Assembly (NCBI GenBank): GCA_964402565.1 | Contig: CAYOCJ010000002.1 | Location: 234,982-298,981, forward strand | Length of the DNA: 64,000 nucleotides | Origin: an uncultured Gammaproteobacteria bacterium | GTDB lineage: Bacteria > Patescibacteriota > Patescibacteriia > UBA1558 > 2-01-FULL-52-15 | Direction: 5' to 3' | Part shown: piece after piece, positions 57,831 to 64,000 of the stretch | Layout of the letters: each line of letters opens with the position of its first letter | How positions within the stretch are numbered: the first letter of the stretch is position 1 | The notes under the pieces: model-generated | The model's input: the letters and a program-made list of their open reading frames with translations, nothing else | Database searches by the model: none | Told to the model about the DNA's origin: nothing | Program-made: the position numbers and the translations under genes

Positions 57831-58001
57831 AGATCCTCGCCGTTTACGCGGGCGTCCGATCGGATGTCGCTCGATCTCTTCGCCGAGTTGAGCGTAGTAT
57901 GCATCTTCGGCGGCTTCGTTCACCTCTTCTCTGGTCGGGCCGTAGCGCTGGCGGATCTCTTCTGGAGTCAGTCTCCGAAGGTTTTCAGGTGTCAGTCCCA
58001 T
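57831..58001 (-). CDS. Hypothetical small protein (57 aa), GC-rich, below the ORF-track size cutoff
   Basis: Hand-translated MGLTPENLRRLTPEEIRQRYGPTREEVNEAAEDAYYAQLGEEIERHPIGRPRKRRGS. SD GAGGAGGG 3-4 nt upstream of ATG. Local GC about 60%. Confidence 0.4.
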
Positions 58002-58066
58002 GGATCCCTCCTCATTGGTTTAACGAACCTGGTCTTATTGTATGGCCTAAGTTTGCAGACAGCAAG

Positions 58067-59650
58067 TTACTTTTTCCAGTTTTTCTTATGTGTCAATCGA
58101 TAGTACCCAATGGCTTTCCTATGTACTTCATCGCGGATCCTTCTCAGGAAAAGCATGACCGGGTCGCTTTTCGGGCTTGATATGCTCTTTGCTCTGCCAG
58201 GAACGAAAAGCTCTTCCTCACGTTTCGCGAGTGCCGTAACCTTCTCTTTCCATGCAGCAGGCAGTATCGGGTAGACTGTATGCAATTGCGGTTTTCCTCC
58301 GTCAAGCACGATAAGGTCCGGTTCACCCCATTCCGGATGATTGCTCCGGCGCATCAGCATTTCTTTCATCATGGCAACATCATTTGAGCCTTTCACCGTT
58401 TTAATTTTGAAGCGCTTATATTCAGATGGCCGTAAGACACCATTGATCGCAACGACCATAGCGCCTACTGCATAGGAACCCTGTACATTAGAAATATCAT
58501 ATACTTCGATGCGTCGAGGCAATGCAGCAAGACTAAGCATTTCCTGGATTTTATAGAGCACATCAGGCAAGGGCTTTGTTTTCGTTGCTGAATGGTAATA
58601 AAGCGCAGCATTTTTTTCAGCAAGATCCAGAAACTTTTTTTGCATGCCTTTTTGAGGGATCAAAATACCCAATGGAGCCAATGCTTTCACGGCAGCCGAG
58701 CTTAACTCCAAGGGCACGAGTACTTCTTTTGGTTTTAATGCCGGCGGCGCATAGTATTGTAGGAGAAAAGACTCGAGCAATTCATTTCTTTCCAACGAAA
58801 GCTTATTTTCAAAAAAATAACTCAGTTTGTCGTGAATTTGTCCGCGCCGTATCTGCAATACGGTGATGACCGCGTGAGCGTCTATCCGGACAATGCCTAT
58901 CACATCGCGATTATATTGCTCATGCGAGATGATATGCTGCGGTTCATAGACAGATTCCCAGGCTTTGATCTTATCTCGAAGGAGTGCTGCCTGCTCGAAA
59001 TGTTTGCTCCGCGAAAACTCAGCCATTTGTTTCCGCATTTCATCAACGATAAACTTTCCTTCTCCTTTCAGAATACGCCGAGCTTTCTCTATCAGTGCGT
59101 CGTATTCGCTTGCCCCGATCAGCTCCTGGCATGGACCAAAGCAATTACCCAAATGGTATTGCATGCAGACGATTCCGTTCGGAAGTTTTGAGAGATCTCG
59201 TTTACAGGTGCGAAGCGGCAGCATCCGGTGGATCAGCCTGACTATGATCCGCGCGGCAGCTCCAGATGTATAGGGGCCAAAGTATTCGCCTTTCAAATTC
59301 TTCCTGCCATGTACGGTCATGATGCGAGGGAAGGTTTCTTTCGTAATGACAATATAGGCCCATGTCTTATCATCGCGAAGAACGACATTGTATTTGGGCT
59401 GATATTTTCGTATCAGGCCTGCTTCGAGGAGTAAGGCTTCTTTTTCTGAGTTGACTGCGATGATATCAACATCCTTGATCTCATCCACCATCAGCCTTTT
59501 AGAAGGGGATAGATCAGCATCTTTCGCAAAATAAGACCGAACCCTATTTTTCAGGTTCTTTGCTTTACCAATATAGATCAGCTCGCCGGCCGTATCATAA
59601 AACCTGTAAATTCCAGGGGAGCTCGTGAGACTCGTCAGATTCGGTTTCAT
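58067..59650 (-). CDS. uvrC: Excinuclease ABC subunit C
   Basis: N-terminal GIY-YIG (PGIYRFYDTAGELIYIGKAKNLKNRVRSY), UvrB-binding region, RNase H-like endonuclease domain. 527 aa. Confidence 0.9.
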   Translation of the reverse strand: MKPNLTSLTSSPGIYRFYDTAGELIYIGKAKNLKNRVRSYFAKDADLSPSKRLMVDEIKDVDIIAVNSEKEALLLEAGLIRKYQPKYNVVLRDDKTWAYIVITKETFPRIMTVHGRKNLKGEYFGPYTSGAAARIIVRLIHRMLPLRTCKRDLSKLPNGIVCMQYHLGNCFGPCQELIGASEYDALIEKARRILKGEGKFIVDEMRKQMAEFSRSKHFEQAALLRDKIKAWESVYEPQHIISHEQYNRDVIGIVRIDAHAVITVLQIRRGQIHDKLSYFFENKLSLERNELLESFLLQYYAPPALKPKEVLVPLELSSAAVKALAPLGILIPQKGMQKKFLDLAEKNAALYYHSATKTKPLPDVLYKIQEMLSLAALPRRIEVYDISNVQGSYAVGAMVVAINGVLRPSEYKRFKIKTVKGSNDVAMMKEMLMRRSNHPEWGEPDLIVLDGGKPQLHTVYPILPAAWKEKVTALAKREEELFVPGRAKSISSPKSDPVMLFLRRIRDEVHRKAIGYYRLTHKKNWKK

Positions 59651-59727
59651 TGGAAAAGTTTAGCCTTTTTAAGCTTAAATAACAATATTTTTGTATTTGT
59701 GCCCTAATGTTAGCAAAAGTATTACTA

Positions 59728-59756
59728 TTGACAAAAAATAGTATATATGATATTAT
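59728..59756 (+). promoter_or_regulatory. Consensus promoter TTGACA-17-TATTAT upstream of the GC-rich cassette
   Basis: ttgaca 59728-59733, tattat 59751-59756, AT-rich context. Downstream AAGGAG SD before ATG 59834. Confidence 0.5.
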
Positions 59757-59833
59757 ATATGGTTATAAGCTTTCGTTCATTTCCATTTTCCCGCATGCCT
59801 TGAGCATGTGGCGTATGTAACAAGGAGCTAGCG

Positions 59834-60421
59834 ATGAAATCCGTCAGAGAGTTGATCTCGATCATCAAGGCCGAGCTTGCTGTCATGCAGACTCTGTTCC
59901 CGCCGATTTCGGTGGGGCCCGTCCGCTGCGACGGTTTCACGGCCGAAGAACTGGAACTCGCGTTCCAGACCGAGGCGATGTATGTGAGTACGTTGCACGA
60001 ACGCGAGCAGCGAGAGCTGCGCGAGAAGAGCGCCAAGAAGCTCGAGCGCATCCTGGCCAGCCTCCGTCAGCGGAAGAACAACTTCCTGTCGCGGATGGCC
60101 CAGGCCTTCGCCGTGAAGGCCGAGCGGATCAACGTCTACGACATGGCGAAGTACTACGGTCTCGGGGACGACGAGGAAGCACAGCAGCAGTGGCAGATCA
60201 TGAAAGCTTCGCTCGCGGTGATCCTGAAGATCAACAACCTGCTCGTCACGAAAGACATGCCGGCCAAGGCGAGGCTCGAAGCCGCGTCGGTGCTGTACCA
60301 CGAAGGCCTCAACGAGGTCGCCGGTCTCCGCGATCGGTTCGAGCGGTACTGCGTCGGTCGGATGCAGGCTGTGCAGCTGCTCCGAGCTTTCGACATGCCG
60401 GACAACCGCCAGGTCGCTTAA
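59834..60421 (+). CDS. Hypothetical protein (195 aa), first gene of GC-rich cassette
   Basis: Uninterrupted ORF in 60%+ GC DNA with good SD. Helical, acidic, no motif. Confidence 0.6.
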   Translation: MKSVRELISIIKAELAVMQTLFPPISVGPVRCDGFTAEELELAFQTEAMYVSTLHEREQRELREKSAKKLERILASLRQRKNNFLSRMAQAFAVKAERINVYDMAKYYGLGDDEEAQQQWQIMKASLAVILKINNLLVTKDMPAKARLEAASVLYHEGLNEVAGLRDRFERYCVGRMQAVQLLRAFDMPDNRQVA

Positions 60422-60443
60422 CAGCGGCCACGAGGAGCCTGTC

Positions 60444-60566
60444 ATGACTTCCAGATCCATTTTCGGAGCGATCCTCATCCTCGCAGGTACCCTCGCGGGT
60501 TACCTGTTCCACTCAAACCACGTGAGCCGCAAGGCTCAGGCAGTCAAGGTCTCGGCCAAGAACTGA
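60444..60566 (+). CDS. Small single-TM peptide (40 aa)
   Basis: GAGGAG SD 6 nt upstream. MTSRSIFGAILILAGTLAGYLFHSNHVSRKAQAVKVSAKN. Confidence 0.4.
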   Translation: MTSRSIFGAILILAGTLAGYLFHSNHVSRKAQAVKVSAKN

Positions 60567-60574
60567 TCGATCCG

Positions 60575-61057
60575 ATGCCGCACATCCGCGGCCTCAAGGA
60601 GAAATCCGTGAAGATCATCATCAAGGTGCTTCTGCTGATCGGCGTGCTGCTGTTCGTCTACGGCGTCTTCGCCGACCGGGGACTCGTTTCTCTGTGTGGT
60701 GTCATCACCACCGCGGCAACGTTCGTGGCGGACGGGTTCCTTCGCGGTCGGAAGAAGCCGGTCGGCTCGCCGATCGTGACGGCCAATCCGTTCAATGCCG
60801 ATTCGCGGCAGGCCGCGATCGATTTCGCGAAGCGACTCCACGAGCGGGCCAGCAAGCCCTCAACCATCGTGAATCCGGACAAGATCCGGGTTCGCAGCGG
60901 CAGCGTCGTGGTCTTCAGCCACAACGGCTCCGGCTTGGTCCGCGGCAAGGTCGGGCGCGTCAACAACAAGAAAGGCAAGTTCGACGCCACGATCGACGGA
61001 GGTCAGGTGGTCTCCGCGCAGATCAAGGATGTCAAACAGGTCTTGCGCGCCTACTGA
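60575..61057 (+). CDS. Hypothetical membrane protein (160 aa; two TM helices + beta-rich C-terminal domain)
   Basis: KIIIKVLLLIGVLLFVYGVFA and LVSLCGVITTAATFVA helices. C-terminal IRVRSGSVVVFSHNGSGLVRGKVGRV... Confidence 0.55.
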   Translation: MPHIRGLKEKSVKIIIKVLLLIGVLLFVYGVFADRGLVSLCGVITTAATFVADGFLRGRKKPVGSPIVTANPFNADSRQAAIDFAKRLHERASKPSTIVNPDKIRVRSGSVVVFSHNGSGLVRGKVGRVNNKKGKFDATIDGGQVVSAQIKDVKQVLRAY

Positions 61058-61096
61058 CACAACCCGCCGACAAGGCGACACAGGAGGAAGCGAAGG

Positions 61097-61168
61097 ATGG
61101 GAGCGGTCGCTATGCTTTTCCTGATCCTCTTCATCTTGAACAACGGGCGCAGACGGACCCGCTGACTG
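61097..61168 (+). CDS. Tiny hydrophobic peptide (23 aa) with basic C-terminus
   Basis: AGGAGG upstream. MGAVAMLFLILFILNNGRRRTR. Confidence 0.25.
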
Positions 61169-61303
61169 AAAGTCGGCACGGAGTCGTCAGCGCACTCTGA
61201 CAAAACAAGCCGAAAAGGCTTTTAGGAGGGGTGATGCACACCTACGCATCGGGAACACCACCGTGAGTACGCTCACGGATGGAGCAACAAAAAAATTGAA
61301 TCG

Positions 61304-61337
61304 AGGGACGGTCTACGGGTCGTCCCTTTTCTTTTTC
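61304..61337 (+). terminator. Rho-independent terminator closing the GC-rich cassette
   Basis: agggacg-N10-cgtccct followed by TTTTCTTTTTCT. Confidence 0.55.
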
Positions 61338-61534
61338 TCACGTTTGTATAGTCCGGCCATTCAGTTCTCCTTGACTCGCGATGACTGCCCTAGGAATTTT
61401 GGCAGGCTGGTGTCAGCTCTCCCGCTCGTCATCGTCGAACTGCATGGCCGGATACATACTATGAACGCCTGGCTCTTGACCCGTTACCAGTATCGCAGTA
61501 TACTGTTCGCTAGCTTTTATTTTTTCTCCCACAA

Positions 61535-64000
61535 TATGTCCAATAGCATAGTCATTAAGGGAGCCAGGGTACATAATCTCAAGAATATTTCACTCGAGCT
61601 GCCTCGTGATAAGTTCATCGTCATCACGGGGCTTTCTGGTTCCGGGAAATCCTCGCTCGCCTTCGATACTATCTATGCTGAAGGTCAGCGCCGCTACGTA
61701 GAGTCATTATCTGCCTATGCGCGTCAGTTTTTGGGTTTGATGGATAAGCCTGACGTAGATCAGATCGATGGTCTTTCTCCTGCAATTTCTATTGATCAGA
61801 AATCAACGTCCCGAAATCCGCGCTCTACAGTAGGCACCGTGACAGAAATCTATGATTATCTGCGTTTGCTTTACGCGCGTATCGGCGTGCCGCATTGTCC
61901 GAATTGCGGACGACCGGTGAAACAGCAGACGCAAAAGCAGATGCTCGACATTATTTTGAATAATCCAAAAGGCAGCCAGATGATGATCCTGGCGCCGATG
62001 ATCAAGGATCAGAAGGGCGAGCACAAGAAAACGTTATTGCAGGTCGAGAAGGCTGGTTATGCTCGCGTGAGGCTCGACGGTTTCATCGTGCCGATCGACG
62101 AAGCGTTAAAAGAAAATTTGGATAAGCAAAAAAAGCACTCCATCGAAGTTGTCGTAGATCGCGTCGATCTTAACGGTTCCGATGAGGTAAAGAAGCGGCT
62201 CGCGTCTTCTCTCGAAACAGCATTGGACCTGGGGAACGGGTTGGTCCTGGTCAGAAAAAACGACACAGGCGATGACACGATTATGAGCGAGGCTTTTGCC
62301 TGCGCTTTTTGCGGTATTAGTTTGCCGCCGATAGAGCCGCGTAATTTTTCATTCAATAGCCCTCATGGCGCATGCCCTGCATGCTCGGGCCTTGGTACGA
62401 AACTGGAAGTCGATGCAGATTTAGTCATTCCAAATAAAAAACTGACACTTGCTGAAGGCGCCATTCGCCCCTGGTCGCGCACCGCGTCATCACAAGGGTG
62501 GTATATGAAGATGCTTACGGCTGCAGCGAAGAAGTATAAATTTTCTATGAATGTACCTGTTTCGAAGCTTACACCGAAACAATTGGATATTATTTTGAAT
62601 GGCACGGGTGAAGATGTGTATATGATCGATATCGAAAGCGAAAGGTTTCAGGGAGACTTCTCGACAACCTATGAAGGCGTCGTTCCCAACCTGGAGCGTC
62701 GGTACCGCGAAACAGACTCTGACTATATACGGAGCGAGATCGAAAAGTATATGCGGGTGTATCTCTGCCCGAAATGCGAAGGCAAGCGACTGAAACCTGA
62801 GGCGCTTTCAGTTTTGATCGACGATAAGAATATTGCTGAGGTTTCAAAACAGACCATTACTGACGCGGGCACTTTTTTCAAGCAATTTATAAAGATGATG
62901 ACCGATCGGGAAGCGAAAATTGCGCATCAGATCCTGAAAGAAATTCAGGCGCGTCTGCAATTCCTGAAAGATGTCGGACTCGAGTATCTGACACTGGATC
63001 GAGGCTCCGCAACGCTGTCAGGCGGCGAAGCGCAGCGCATTCGATTGGCAACGCAGATCGGCTCTTCGCTCGTTGGCGTTATCTATATCCTTGATGAACC
63101 TTCTGTCGGTTTGCATCAGCGCGACAATGATAAATTGATCGCCACTCTGAAAGCACTTCGTGATCTTGGCAATACCGTGATCGTCGTTGAGCATGATCAT
63201 GACACGATCATGGAAGCAGATTATGTCGTTGACATCGGCCCTGGCGCAGGCAAGCACGGCGGCGAAGTAGTAGCACAGGGCACACCCGAGCAATTGAAGA
63301 AAAACTCGAAATCGCTTACCGGCCAGTATCTGGGTGGCAAGATCAAGCTGGATATACCGAAAAAATACAGAGTTGGCAGCGGCAAGTATATCAATATCTA
63401 CGGCGCCACCGAGAACAATCTGAAAAATATCGATGTGGGCATTCCGCTGGGCAAATTCGTGTGCCTGACCGGCGTTTCTGGCTCAGGTAAATCAACTTTG
63501 ATGGTAGATATTCTCGCGAAGGCTTTGTCGAAGCATTTCTACCAGGCAAAAGACGATCCGGGCAAGCATAAGAAAATTGATGGTTTGGATAATATCGACA
63601 AGGTTATTGATATCGACCAGTCGCCGATCGGCAGAACGCCGCGCTCGAACCCCGCGACCTATACCGGAGTATTCACCTATATCCGCGATCTCTTTGCCAT
63701 GCTGCCTGAAGCAAATATCCGCGGTTATAAAGCAGGACGTTTTAGTTTCAATGTGAAAGGCGGCCGCTGTGAAGCGTGCCAGGGCGATGGTTTGGTGAAG
63801 ATAGAAATGAATTTCCTGCCGGACGTCTATGTCGAGTGCGAAGAATGCCATGGCGCACGCTATAATCAGCAGGCATTGGAGATCCATTATAAAGGAAAGA
63901 ACATTTCAGATGTCCTGAAGATGACCGTGGAAGAGGCAAAGGACTTCTTTGCAAATATCCCGAACATTCATTCGAAGTTAAAGGTGCTTGATGAGGTTGG
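61535..64000 (+). CDS. uvrA: Excinuclease ABC subunit A (5' part; continues beyond window end)
   Basis: Hand translation [65 protein letters not shown]..., zinc-finger cysteines, second Walker [11 protein letters not shown]. Candidate promoter TTGACC-17-TATACT at ~61478-61506. Absent from the ORF track because there is no stop in the window. Confidence 0.95.

Noticed and set aside
60154-61200. Arg-rich alternative-frame ORFs in the GC-rich cassette (60190..60447 +, 60694..61200 + 168 aa, 60536..60841 -, 60658..60990 -)
   Set aside because: Typical high-GC frame artefacts. The chosen frames have SD sequences and plausible TM/helical proteins, and these do not.
61224-61266. 10-codon micro-ORF (MHTYASGTPP) with perfect AGGAGG SD just before an 18-bp palindrome at 61261-61278
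   Set aside because: Too short and without context. It may be a remnant or a leader peptide, but this cannot be supported from sequence alone.
1-64000. CRISPR arrays, rRNA genes, transposases/IS elements, integrases, reverse transcriptase (DGR)
   Set aside because: No direct-repeat/spacer periodicity and no YxDD reverse-transcriptase motif were seen. Neither was a DDE/serine/tyrosine recombinase motif nor rRNA-like conserved blocks.

Overview
This 64-kb window is a chromosomal segment with moderate GC (about 45-48% by eye) and compact gene organisation. It resembles a small-genome Patescibacteria/CPR-type bacterium, Saccharibacteria-like; that taxonomic call is inference only. Most of the window is housekeeping: SMC (N-terminal part), RNase III, a NusB-NUDIX fusion, L32, Hsp20, a type IV pilin, tRNA-Glu, TsaD/TsaE, ValS, an SPFH protein, a hexulose-6-phosphate-synthase-like protein, PilB/GspE, FtsH, S1, a sigma-70 factor, GyrA, RuvB, YchF, UvrD, NUDIX, a DEDD exonuclease, FolD, GlyA, a GIY-YIG protein, LDH, TrpS, RNase J, an ABC substrate-binding protein, SecG, UvrC and UvrA (3'-partial). 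The ORF track lists only complete ORFs and accepts GTG/TTG starts (shown as M), so I added the edge-truncated smc and uvrA genes and several sub-60-aa ORFs by hand.

The most unusual locus is at 29.1-35.2 kb. It holds three AspRS/AsnRS-family paralogs. Two are full-length, GC-rich, archaeal-type enzymes, and one of these has an altered motif 2. The third is a host-GC paralog that lacks the anticodon-binding domain. The third paralog heads a tightly packed operon with an S66 (LdcA/MccF-family) peptidase, a pyruvoyl-type S-adenosylmethionine decarboxylase and a class I methyltransferase-fold enzyme. I read this as a candidate tRNA-independent aspartyl-adenylate small-molecule pathway with hydrolase immunity and spare or resistant target copies, logically similar to microcin C. 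The housekeeping alternative (AsnA-like Asn synthesis, murein recycling, polyamine genes) is not excluded.

Other notable observations:
- Several short GC-rich (about 58-62%) inserts, each with its own SD, promoter or terminator, including a four-ORF cassette between uvrC and uvrA that encodes two tiny hydrophobic peptides.
- A perfect consensus promoter (TTGACA-17-TATTAT) firing into a 300-nt ORF-free, structured region, a candidate ncRNA.
- A 16-bp perfect palindrome operator candidate in a divergent control region.
- A 1321-aa low-complexity, His-rich giant protein.
- A translin-like gene.

No CRISPR array, rRNA or transposase was seen.
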